Shown here piece after piece: positions 18,631-27,057 of a DNA stretch of 31,924 bases. The number at the start of each line of letters is the position of its first letter. The stretch's first letter is position 1. Source of the DNA: a virus (taxonomy: Duplodnaviria > Caudoviricetes); the IMG/VR virus record IMGVR_UViG_3300005096_000012, positions 1 through 31,924 of that record, one strand, 5' to 3'. The notes beneath the pieces are model-generated. The model ran no database searches, was not told the origin of the DNA, and worked only from the letters and a program-made list of their open reading frames with translations. The position numbers and the translations under genes are program-made.

Positions 18631-18688
18631 ATACTATCACATACTTATCCACATGCAATCTCTACACGTACCATAGCTATGGTAATAT
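18631..18688. promoter_or_regulatory. Divergent promoters with a DnaA box and a palindromic operator
   Basis: - strand TTGCAT-16-TAGTAT with TG extension; TTATCCACA at 18645-18653; TACCATAGCTATGGTA at 18669-18684; + strand TGGTAATAT. Confidence 0.65.
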
Positions 18689-18696
18689 GTAAGTAT

Positions 18697-18828
18697 ATGA
18701 AATATCACGACATCAAAAAAATCACTTTTACCAGAATAAAAATCAAAGACAAAACTAAAAACAAACAGGGGCTTCCGACATTTTTGAATATGGAGAGGAG
18801 ATTGAAGAAAGAATTGACAATTAATTAA
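18697..18828 (+). CDS. Small basic protein (43 aa), candidate regulator
   Basis: Hand-translated MKYHDIKKITFTRIKIKDKTKNKQGLPTFLNMERRLKKELTIN; ATG 8 nt after a -10 element. Confidence 0.45.
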   Translation: MKYHDIKKITFTRIKIKDKTKNKQGLPTFLNMERRLKKELTIN

Positions 18829-18854
18829 AACCATTGCACACACACAAATAGAGG

Positions 18855-18883
18855 TTGACTACTTGACAGCGACCCCTTATAAT
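18855..18883 (+). promoter_or_regulatory. Sigma70-type promoter TTGACT-17-TATAAT
   Basis: Near-consensus hexamers with 17-nt spacer. Confidence 0.65.
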
Positions 18884-18938
18884 AAGTCTCATTAATGAGC
18901 CTTGTTATAAGAACAGGGGCATATCAGGAATATACAGG

Positions 18939-18970
18939 AATACGGCTTACCTTAGCCGTATTTTTTGTTT
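18939..18970 (+). terminator. Intrinsic terminator
   Basis: AATACGGCT-TACCTT-AGCCGTATT followed by a T-tract. Confidence 0.75.
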
Positions 18971-19067
18971 ATACTTTGTGTTATAATATAACGGCTTAGT
19001 TGAGCCATATAATACTATCAACATCATCTTTTGGAACTTTTGACAAAAGTATGCTAGGATTATAGTA

Positions 19068-20003
19068 ATGAAAAACACACACTTTTTAGACTCTAGGATT
19101 GAACCTTGGTTCAAGAAAAGAGGAATATCAGAGAAAACAATAGAAGACTTTGGTGTCTGGTGGGATAGTGATGGTATCTATATACCAATCAAAGACCATG
19201 ACAACAACTTACTCTTTAATAAGACAAGACGATTACCGGAAGACCATACTTCAACTAAATACCTCCTACCTAAAGGAGCAACAGCACAGCTATTTGGACA
19301 GCAGTTTTTACACCTCTCTGAGACCGTGTTTATAACTGAGGGGGAACTTGACGCAATGGTTATGTATTCAAGCAGACAAATAGCAGTATCATCTACTAAT
19401 GGATGTAAGACGTTTAAAGATGAGTGGGTACAGTTACTCGAAGGGAAAGAGGTATACATCTGCTACGACAACGATCAGGCAGGACAGGAAGGAATGGCAA
19501 AGATGTATAACCACTTCCCCAATGCAAAATACATCTTCTTACCTAAGGAAGCATACGTCAAAGATATATCTGATTACAATGAACGAGGTGGTGATGTACA
19601 TAAATTAAAATCCCTAGCGGTATCTTTCGCAAACATAGACGATATAGAACAGGACATGAGCCGTAGAAAAGCAATGTGGCAAGATACATACTTCCACCGT
19701 GCTATTTTAAAGACAGCTTTAAAAGAAGAAAAAAAATATGTAAGGAAAGACAACGAGGAATTTGATACAGATAAAGAACGAGCAAAAGCTATACCTATCA
19801 CAGAGTTCATTGATTTTAGACCTCACAGAAAAGCATTGTGTCTTTACCATGAAGAAAGCACACCATCAATGACATACTATCCACAAACTAATACGTTCTA
19901 CTGCTGGGGCTGTGACAAGAGTGGAGATGTGATAGATATTATTATGAAACAAAAAGACATGACATTTAAACAAGCAATGGACTTTTTAAATAACAAGTAT
20001 TAA
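19068..20003 (+). CDS. DNA primase (Toprim) with C-terminal CHC2 zinc finger
   Basis: FITEGELDAM, YDNDQAG, KDISDY; C-terminal CLYHEESTPSM...FYCWGC...GDVID. Confidence 0.85.
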   Translation: MKNTHFLDSRIEPWFKKRGISEKTIEDFGVWWDSDGIYIPIKDHDNNLLFNKTRRLPEDHTSTKYLLPKGATAQLFGQQFLHLSETVFITEGELDAMVMYSSRQIAVSSTNGCKTFKDEWVQLLEGKEVYICYDNDQAGQEGMAKMYNHFPNAKYIFLPKEAYVKDISDYNERGGDVHKLKSLAVSFANIDDIEQDMSRRKAMWQDTYFHRAILKTALKEEKKYVRKDNEEFDTDKERAKAIPITEFIDFRPHRKALCLYHEESTPSMTYYPQTNTFYCWGCDKSGDVIDIIMKQKDMTFKQAMDFLNNKY

Positions 20004-20005
20004 GT

Positions 20006-21208
20006 ATGTCTATCACATTTACAGAACTAAAGGAGAGAGTACGTGAGATTATGTATATTGAAGATGATGGTATTATCGAAATAACTATTGCCTCCATAAT
20101 CGCTAACTCAATAGCAAAAACTTCACCTGTATGGTTGACACTAATTGGTAACTCATCTGCTGGTAAGAGTCAATTTATACGACCTATTGCAGACGCTAAC
20201 CCTGAGTTGATACATAAGCTCGATACACCAACACCTAATGCGTTTCTTTCAGGGGCGCACGGTGGTTCATCGTTTCTCATGGACTCAGTAAAGAGTAAAG
20301 GAATTATTCTTTTCTCTGACTTGACTGTGTTGTTCTCTATGAGTAATGAAGCACGAGGGGAGGTTCTTTCTATCATGCGTATGATTTATGATGGGGAGTA
20401 CACAAAGAAGACAGGGACTAAGGTACTTGAATGGAAAGGGTACGCAGGTGTGCTATCTGCATCGACACCATCTATCTACTCATACCTTGCGGAAGTAGCT
20501 GACATGGGTGAACGGTTTATTTATTACCGGATGAAGCCAGTAGACCAGTTAAAGCTCCAGCAGTTTGTTGTCAACAGTAGCCTGTCACAGAACGAGATGG
20601 ACTCGAAGCTGACAGAGATATACCAAGACTATATAGGTGGTGTAATGGAGTCTATTGGGGATGAAATAGAGCTGTCTAATAAAGTGAAAGACAGGCTCTA
20701 TACTATCTCATACTTTGGAGCGAAGTTGCGCTCACCTGTTCATACTGACTACCAAGGGAACGTTGACCGTATACCACAAATGGAAAGTCCTGTGCGGGTG
20801 TATAAGCAATTAGAAACTGTTGCCAATGCAATGATGTTGATGTCGAAACATGAAGGGAATGATGATTTATCAGAGGAGCAAATACAGTCACTAGAGTGGT
20901 GTGCGTACTCACTAGGTAACGAGGAAAGACGTACCATATTGAAGTCTGTAGTGGAACAAGACGGCATGAAGGTGACAGTACGTGATGTGTCTGCATACAT
21001 TGGTCTGGACAGTGAAGTGGTAAAGAGGTACTTAACGGAACTTACCTCTATAGGTGTGTTAGTCCTTCACTCAAGAGATGAGTCATCAGATAACTCTTTG
21101 CGTTGGAGTTTCACTAATAGTGACGACGTAGCCATTATTAAACGTCTAGATACCTTCACGGAAGCAAGAGAGGAGGTAATAGATGAAGTTGAAGATGAAC
21201 CATTTTAA
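20006..21208 (+). CDS. MCM-like AAA+ ATPase/helicase with C-terminal winged helix
   Basis: Walker A GNSSAGKS, degenerate Walker B ILFSDL, ERF arginine finger, SPVR sensor-2-like motif, C-terminal HTH; coupled to the primase gene. Confidence 0.7.
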   Translation: MSITFTELKERVREIMYIEDDGIIEITIASIIANSIAKTSPVWLTLIGNSSAGKSQFIRPIADANPELIHKLDTPTPNAFLSGAHGGSSFLMDSVKSKGIILFSDLTVLFSMSNEARGEVLSIMRMIYDGEYTKKTGTKVLEWKGYAGVLSASTPSIYSYLAEVADMGERFIYYRMKPVDQLKLQQFVVNSSLSQNEMDSKLTEIYQDYIGGVMESIGDEIELSNKVKDRLYTISYFGAKLRSPVHTDYQGNVDRIPQMESPVRVYKQLETVANAMMLMSKHEGNDDLSEEQIQSLEWCAYSLGNEERRTILKSVVEQDGMKVTVRDVSAYIGLDSEVVKRYLTELTSIGVLVLHSRDESSDNSLRWSFTNSDDVAIIKRLDTFTEAREEVIDEVEDEPF

Positions 21209-21210
21209 AT

Positions 21211-21543
21211 ATGAAATATAACAATCAGTACAGATGGAAAGAGTCTAAAGCTAAAGGAAATGCACTTATGTTGTTCTTTTCCTTATGTGAAAAAACTAAA
21301 ACGACCAACAAAAAGATTAGTGTGTATGGGCTAAAGCATGTATATGAGAGATGGGCGGAAAAAAATGGGGATGTCTTTGGGGAGGGTATTGACTACTATA
21401 CGTTCTCAGATGAGTTCATACACCACGCACAACAGCATGGGTTTGTATTCAAGCAAACAAGAGTGTCACCACATGGTGACCCCATAGGGTACTTAAACCT
21501 TTCAATGAAAGATATTAAACGTATAATAAAATCATGCGTATGA
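21211..21543 (+). CDS. Hypothetical protein (SxYGLKHxxER type)
   Basis: SVYGLKHVYERW motif, which I recall from phage replication regions. Confidence 0.6.
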   Translation: MKYNNQYRWKESKAKGNALMLFFSLCEKTKTTNKKISVYGLKHVYERWAEKNGDVFGEGIDYYTFSDEFIHHAQQHGFVFKQTRVSPHGDPIGYLNLSMKDIKRIIKSCV

Positions 21544-21752
21544 CCCCAGCAATACACACATACCCCGACCCTAAGAACTTCACTGTCTTCTACCGAGGGT
21601 ACGCTAAGGAGTACCAAGGTGCAACGGTAGTGACCCACTCATGTAAGGAAGTTTACAAGAATAAAAACAAAGCATTAAAAGATGCCAAGAAATTATGCAA
21701 ACAGTTATCAGATGCAAAAAGTACACCAAGCGAGCTAAATATAGCTACATGA
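21540..21752 (+). CDS. Hypothetical protein
   Basis: ATGA overlap with the previous gene. Confidence 0.5.
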   Translation: MTPAIHTYPDPKNFTVFYRGYAKEYQGATVVTHSCKEVYKNKNKALKDAKKLCKQLSDAKSTPSELNIAT

Positions 21753-21795
21753 AGTGGTGGATCTGTGGAAGTTGTAATAGTAAGATAAAATAAAT

Positions 21796-22041
21796 ATGGA
21801 TATACAAACAATATTAGACGAGCGACAAAAGACACATGGGGATTTTAAGATTAATTCTGCTATTACACAGTCGCTAAAAAGAGCATTGGCAGATGAAGGT
21901 AATCTTTCAGACGCTCAAAGGGAGGCACTTGATATGATACTCCACAAAATAGGGCGTATTGTCGCAGGTAACGCAAATGAAAAAGACCACTGGGATGATA
22001 TTGCAGGCTATGCCACATTAGTAGCTAATCTACTTGAGTAA
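21796..22041 (+). CDS. DUF6378-like phage protein
   Basis: ILDERQKTHGDF...HKIGRI...DHWDDIAGYATL. Confidence 0.75.
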   Translation: MDIQTILDERQKTHGDFKINSAITQSLKRALADEGNLSDAQREALDMILHKIGRIVAGNANEKDHWDDIAGYATLVANLLE

Positions 22042-22739
22042 TGAAATCATTTAACGAAAACATAGAGATAGACTTCGACCCTATCGAGCATAAGTATACC
22101 CATGAGGGTAAGAAGCTTAAAGGTGGTACAACCGTCACCGCAGAGTACCACGATGGGTTTGACAGGGAGCGTATAGCGTCAGCGTTTGCTTCTAAGCGGA
22201 ACATAGACATGCCAGATGTACTGGCACTCTGGGACTCAGGAGGCAACATCGCAGCAGGGTTCGGTACAGCTATCCATGCAGTGCTAGAACACTACTTCAC
22301 GTGGAAGGATAAGTGGGAGGATTGTAAAGCTATGCCGAACCACCCGTTTTTGATACAGCTTATCAAGGAGTTGGAAGAAATCCGTATAGACGGCAACACA
22401 CGACAAGAGGTACTGGTGTCCCTAGTTGATAAAGGTGTATGTGGGCTTGTAGATGACTTACTCATAACAGGTAAAAAGACATGCCGAGTACGTGACTATA
22501 AGATAACGTACAACATACTGGAGAATGACAAAGCATTATACAAGCCGTTCACTTACTTAGGAAGTAACAAGCTAGCAAAGAACTTCTTACAGCTATCCAT
22601 CTACAGCTACATGTTAGAAATGTCAGGCTGGAAAGTCGAGGGCATAGACATCTACAACTGGAACGGAGAGTGGAGTCACCACATGCTAGAGGGGGATACT
22701 TTGAGGAAGACTATATTATTAGTAGGTACTGTTGTATGA
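22041..22739 (+). CDS. PD-(D/E)XK exonuclease (RecB/Cas4-like fold)
   Basis: GTAIHAVLE, GLVDDL, VRDYK, LQLSIY motifs. Confidence 0.8.
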   Translation: MKSFNENIEIDFDPIEHKYTHEGKKLKGGTTVTAEYHDGFDRERIASAFASKRNIDMPDVLALWDSGGNIAAGFGTAIHAVLEHYFTWKDKWEDCKAMPNHPFLIQLIKELEEIRIDGNTRQEVLVSLVDKGVCGLVDDLLITGKKTCRVRDYKITYNILENDKALYKPFTYLGSNKLAKNFLQLSIYSYMLEMSGWKVEGIDIYNWNGEWSHHMLEGDTLRKTILLVGTVV

Positions 22740-23383
22740 TTGACTTAATACATGGAGATTGTTTAGAAGAAATGAAAAATATTTCTGATGATGTGTTTAT
22801 TTTTAGTGACCCACCATATAACCAAAAGTATCATTACAATTCATACAAGGATGCCATGGGTGATGATGAATATGCAAACATGATACGTTATGTTTTTGGA
22901 GGCAGAAAATCTGCTTTTATTCTTTACCCAGAAGAAATGATGATGCTGTGCGGAGGCGGTAAAATGGGAGAAGTTGAACAAGTCGTATCTTGGGTGTATA
23001 ACAGTAATACTGCAAAACAAAGTAGACAAATAGCATGGTTTGGCTGTAAGCCAGACTTTAGGAAAATACCACAACCTTATAAAAATCCTACTGATAAACG
23101 TATCGCAAAAAGAATAGCAGAAGGAAAGTCTGCAAGGTCATATGACTGGTGGAATATAAATCAGGTGAAGAATGTAAGCAAATCGGATAATCCACACCCA
23201 TGCCCAGTACCATTGGAACTTATGGAAAAAATAATACTATCGACAACCGAAGAAGGAGATACTGTTTGTGATCCATTTATGGGTTCAGGGACTACAGGTA
23301 TAGCGTGTAAGAATCTAAACCGTAACTTCATCGGTATAGAGCTAGACAAAGACTACTACGATATAGCTGTTCAGAGAATCTAA
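22736..23383 (+). CDS. DNA N6-adenine/N4-cytosine methyltransferase (beta class)
   Basis: Start re-called to ATG 22736 (MIDLIHGDCLEEM); DPPY precedes DPFMGSGTT; GIELD. Confidence 0.92.
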   Translation: MIDLIHGDCLEEMKNISDDVFIFSDPPYNQKYHYNSYKDAMGDDEYANMIRYVFGGRKSAFILYPEEMMMLCGGGKMGEVEQVVSWVYNSNTAKQSRQIAWFGCKPDFRKIPQPYKNPTDKRIAKRIAEGKSARSYDWWNINQVKNVSKSDNPHPCPVPLELMEKIILSTTEEGDTVCDPFMGSGTTGIACKNLNRNFIGIELDKDYYDIAVQRI

Positions 23384-23477
23384 AAGTTATCCCCAGTGCA
23401 TAAACATCATTGCTATGGTAAAATGTACTTTGTCACAGGAAGACATTAAAATCCTTTAACTAATAAAATAAAACAAT

Positions 23478-24002
23478 ATGAACGATTTAACAAATTTCGA
23501 GGGACAGGAGGAAGTACAAGTAACTTCACGCCCTGCCGTAAAGCAGTTTAAGAAAGGAGATGTATTCGTAGGATACCTAAAGCAAATCTTCGATGAGCCA
23601 AAAGACGGTTCAGAGGAAAAAACAATGGGAGGTAAAGACTTTGGTACAAAGACCTTTCAACTTGTAGCCATTGGTGACAAGAATAAAGACCACAAGTCAG
23701 AAGACGGTACTGCAACAGGTGAAGCAACTAAAAACGAAATTACAGAGGGTGAGGAGTATAACTTCTATACAAACTACACAGGTGTAGGGAAGCTCAATGT
23801 AAATGGTATTAAAATGTCACAGTTACCACTTGGTAACATTGTGAAGATTGAAAACCTTGGTAAGAAGAAGTCTGAAAAGTCTTCATACTTTTACAAAGAC
23901 CAGTCAATCATCGGAAAGAAAGAAAAAGACGAGTTTGTAATCCACCCAGATTACAAAGCACCAGAAGATTTCAGCGGGCAGGACGATGACGAGAATTTCT
24001 AG
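23478..24002 (+). CDS. Single-stranded DNA-binding protein-like
   Basis: OB-fold-like beta pattern (FKKGDVFVGYL, GNIVKIENLGKK) and acidic-aromatic tail DDDENF. Confidence 0.6.
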   Translation: MNDLTNFEGQEEVQVTSRPAVKQFKKGDVFVGYLKQIFDEPKDGSEEKTMGGKDFGTKTFQLVAIGDKNKDHKSEDGTATGEATKNEITEGEEYNFYTNYTGVGKLNVNGIKMSQLPLGNIVKIENLGKKKSEKSSYFYKDQSIIGKKEKDEFVIHPDYKAPEDFSGQDDDENF

Positions 24003-24101
24003 TTACAAACCCAAGGGTTCATACCCTGGGTACAGGGCGGAGATACCTGTCGAAAAGGCATCGAATATACTATACGGCTCGATGCACCCTGTACTTAGCG
24101 T

Positions 24102-24515
24102 ATGAACAATATAAATTGGAAGACAAATGCAACAGAACTATCTAAAAAGATGCTTCTTTATATTGATAAGGAGGTAACATACACACAACTAGAAGCCAGA
24201 GCAGTTAGTAAGGGGATAAACTTACACATACTAGACCAAGCACTTACCATTTTACATAAGGTAAAGAGTGTCAATAAACGAGTCAAAGCAGGGGACATTG
24301 TATACAGTCCATCCAAAGTGAAGAAGTTTACCTTTGGCTCACATTTAACATGGGTACGCAATAACTACCCACCTATGAATGATAGTAATAACGGCAGTGG
24401 TATCGAGATGGATTTCAGCTACCTATTCCTAACACCAGAAGAACTAGAGAAATATAAAGCGGAAGTAACAGGCAGGGCGTATGTGCCGAGTAAGCGTTAT
24501 GTCAACACCAGGTAG
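24102..24515 (+). CDS. Hypothetical protein, possible winged-helix N-domain
   Basis: 137-aa ORF on the coding strand. Confidence 0.55.
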   Translation: MNNINWKTNATELSKKMLLYIDKEVTYTQLEARAVSKGINLHILDQALTILHKVKSVNKRVKAGDIVYSPSKVKKFTFGSHLTWVRNNYPPMNDSNNGSGIEMDFSYLFLTPEELEKYKAEVTGRAYVPSKRYVNTR

Positions 24516-24822
24516 CAAGTTACAAACAGCCGTACTAAAGAAGCTCCAAGAAGCAGGAGTGTTTTGTTGGAGGCAAGGGAACCACCCTGTTTTTGACAAG
24601 AAACTAAACAACGGCTATGGAGGGTATCGTGCCCATGCAGGACTAAAGGGAGTACCAGATATTTTGTGCATTATTGATTCTCAGTTCGTGGGCATCGAGA
24701 TAAAAGCAGGCAAGGACAGAATGTCACCCGATCAGGTACTCTTTCAAAAACGATGTGAACGCCATGGAGGGAAGTACCTTGTAGTAAGGTCTGTTAGTGA
24801 TGTGGATACCCTCTGTGGATAA
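24499..24822 (+). CDS. VRR-NUC / Holliday-junction resolvase-like nuclease
   Basis: GVPDIL...FVGIEIKAGKDRMSPDQ...YLVVRSV; start re-called to ATG 24499. Confidence 0.88.
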   Translation: MSTPGSKLQTAVLKKLQEAGVFCWRQGNHPVFDKKLNNGYGGYRAHAGLKGVPDILCIIDSQFVGIEIKAGKDRMSPDQVLFQKRCERHGGKYLVVRSVSDVDTLCG

Positions 24823-24885
24823 CTTCTGTACATAACCATAGCTATGGTGTATACTGTAAGTAAGTTAAAAGATAAACAAAACAAT

Positions 24886-24984
24886 ATGGATGACTTAGTA
24901 ACAGAGATGAACACAGGAGAACGAACAGAGGAAGCAGAACTTGAAGCGATTATCAACAAGGAAGAAGAAAAGGCTAATCAGTAA
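24886..24984 (+). CDS. Small acidic peptide (32 aa)
   Basis: MDDLVTEMNTGERTEEAELEAIINKEEEKANQ; A-rich leader, first ORF after the promoter at about 24850. Confidence 0.5.
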   Translation: MDDLVTEMNTGERTEEAELEAIINKEEEKANQ

Positions 24985-24988
24985 GTTT

Positions 24989-25174
24989 ATGATTTACACA
25001 CTAGAGTACCTAAAGACAGAAGCAGAGGGTATCGTAGGTAACTGGAACGGAAGTGACGAACGGTTTACCGATACCAGTGGAGAGTTCAGAACAGAAGACG
25101 ATGTAAAGGCATCCATTGAGTTGCTAAAGTTGATTACTAGAATTGAAGCGATAACAGAAGAACTTGAGATATGA
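24989..25174 (+). CDS. Hypothetical protein
   Basis: Start re-called to ATG 24989 (MIYTLEYL). Confidence 0.55.
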   Translation: MIYTLEYLKTEAEGIVGNWNGSDERFTDTSGEFRTEDDVKASIELLKLITRIEAITEELEI

Positions 25175-25323
25175 CAAAACGACCACTCTGGGAGAACACT
25201 ATAGAAGTGTACAAGCCCCGAACATACTGGAAGGAGATTATTATTGGAGTAGCGTTTGTACTGCTGATATGGATTGCATGGGTACTCACCGCTATCCTTA
25301 ACTTTATAATTACTTATGTCTAA
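25171..25323 (+). CDS. Small single-TM membrane protein (50 aa)
   Basis: Hand-translated ...YWKEIIIGVAFVLLIWIAWVLTAILNFIITYV; ATGA overlap. Confidence 0.55.
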   Translation: MTKRPLWENTIEVYKPRTYWKEIIIGVAFVLLIWIAWVLTAILNFIITYV

Positions 25324-25879
25324 AGAACTATCAATACCTAAAGAAGTATCAGTAGCAGATGAGCTTGTTATCAAATCACCTGATGACCTGATCAGTGCAA
25401 CGTCACTGTTGAGCAATATCAACAAGCACCTTGATAAAGCCAAGATTGAGAAAGAAAAGATAACTGCACCAGCTACCTTAATCCTTAAAAACGAACGAGC
25501 AAGGTGGAAGCCACGGGAAGACTCTCTAAAAAACGCAGTAGCAACCATCAAGGACAAGATGAGAACATACCAGATGGAGCAGGAGCGTCTTGAAGAAGAA
25601 GCACGGCAGAAGATTGTGTCTGATAAACGGTTAAAGACTGAAACAGCTATCGAGAAGATGTCAGAAGTAGTTTCTACAGAAACAAAAGTGGAAACAGCAG
25701 AAGGTTCAGTTACTTTTGTAACAGACTACGAAGTCATTATCGAAGACATAGAAAAAGTACCCTTTGAGTTTCTAAAAGTAGAACTACGCAAAGCAGACGC
25801 TAAAGCAGTTCTAAAGTCAGGAGGTACTATCGCAGGATTATCATTGAAGGAAAAACGAGTAGTAAAGAATAGCCGGTAA
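25316..25879 (+). CDS. Gp157/Gam-like coiled-coil protein
   Basis: Long coiled coil and C-terminal IEDIEKVPFEFL...LKSGGTIAGLSL. Confidence 0.6.
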   Translation: MSKELSIPKEVSVADELVIKSPDDLISATSLLSNINKHLDKAKIEKEKITAPATLILKNERARWKPREDSLKNAVATIKDKMRTYQMEQERLEEEARQKIVSDKRLKTETAIEKMSEVVSTETKVETAEGSVTFVTDYEVIIEDIEKVPFEFLKVELRKADAKAVLKSGGTIAGLSLKEKRVVKNSR

Positions 25880-25880
25880 T

Positions 25881-26126
25881 ATGAATATCAACCCCCTATG
25901 TATCTGCCCCACCTGCAAGGCGGAGATTACACCCAGTAAGAAAGAGGCAGGAGTGTTCCTTATTCAGTTTAAGAAGAAACAGAACAGCAACGAACACATG
26001 AAACGTATTAGTAAACTAGGAGTAGAAGCAAGAAAAAATGCAAAAATTAATAAAAAGAAAATCTATACAAAAGAAGAAATACTACCGTATTGCCGGACCG
26101 AACAACGATCGGATACAGTTCAATAG
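25881..26126 (+). CDS. Small basic protein with CxxC
   Basis: CPTC and HMKRISKLGVEARK. Confidence 0.55.
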   Translation: MNINPLCICPTCKAEITPSKKEAGVFLIQFKKKQNSNEHMKRISKLGVEARKNAKINKKKIYTKEEILPYCRTEQRSDTVQ

Positions 26127-26206
26127 CACCTACAGTGACAAAAAGGGGTACATATACCTCACTAAAGACATCAAGAAATACGGTTATCAGATAGTAGTTG
26201 AGTGAT

Positions 26207-26389
26207 ATGACAGCTAAAATAAAACAAGCACTAGACCAGTTGGAAAAAGAAGCAAAGAACCTCCCGCCATTCAACCGAGCACATTACAAGTTTGCCATCG
26301 AGGACATACGAACCGCCTTGGCTAAGATAGATTTAATAGATTATGAACAGAAAACCACTACAATGCAACGGAATAGCAACAGAGAATAA
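26207..26389 (+). CDS. Hypothetical protein
   Basis: Helical ORF; ATG at 26207. Confidence 0.5.
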   Translation: MTAKIKQALDQLEKEAKNLPPFNRAHYKFAIEDIRTALAKIDLIDYEQKTTTMQRNSNRE

Positions 26390-26555
26390 TCGAGGCGAAT
26401 GGGTACCACCTGTCCCATGTTCACACTATTTCAGTTACTCTCACCAAGAACAGAAACAAATATCAACATCAGGTGCAAACATGAGAGGTGTCGACGTTCT
26501 CGTATGTAGAAAATGTGGTGAAGTTAAAAGAGAAGTTATCAATTGTTTTAATTAA
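26343..26555 (+). CDS. Small Zn-ribbon-like protein
   Basis: CSH...CRKCG. Confidence 0.5.
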   Translation: MNRKPLQCNGIATENNRGEWVPPVPCSHYFSYSHQEQKQISTSGANMRGVDVLVCRKCGEVKREVINCFN

Positions 26556-26562
26556 ATAAACC

Positions 26563-27057
26563 ATGCCAACAATAAAAAACACAAAAGGAAAAGAGATAGA
26601 AATAACCCAAGAGCAGTACGATGAGCTGTTTGGTAAGAGTGGGAAGGCTTTTAGGGCTTGGAGAGCTGAATACGGACAAACTTATTTCTTTGTAGATTCT
26701 CGCGGTATTTTTCTGAACACAAACGATTACAATCATGAGTCTGATAACTACCGCTATCTAACAAGTAATTATTTCTCCACCAAAGAAGAAGCACTCGCCT
26801 ACAAAACCATACAAGAAGCAACAGGGCGCGTCACCCATGCAATTAAGGAAGCAAATGGTGATTGGGAGGCTGTATGGGGAGGAGCCATAAACGCTAAAAA
26901 GAATTTTTCTTATCGTTTATTTGCAGACATATTTGCTACAGCCAACAACTCGACAACATCTAAAGAAGTTCACCTCCTCCCCTACATGAAACCTGACACA
27001 GCAAAGAAAATCCTAGAGGAACACGAGGAAGATTTACGAGTAATTTTTGGAGTATGA
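26563..27057 (+). CDS. Hypothetical protein
   Basis: 164-aa ORF with A-rich leader; NYFSTKEEA motif. Confidence 0.65.
   Translation: MPTIKNTKGKEIEITQEQYDELFGKSGKAFRAWRAEYGQTYFFVDSRGIFLNTNDYNHESDNYRYLTSNYFSTKEEALAYKTIQEATGRVTHAIKEANGDWEAVWGGAINAKKNFSYRLFADIFATANNSTTSKEVHLLPYMKPDTAKKILEEHEEDLRVIFGV

Noticed and set aside
22041-22739. Cas4 / CRISPR association of the PD-(D/E)XK nuclease
   Set aside because: No four-Cys Fe-S motif, no array and no other cas genes
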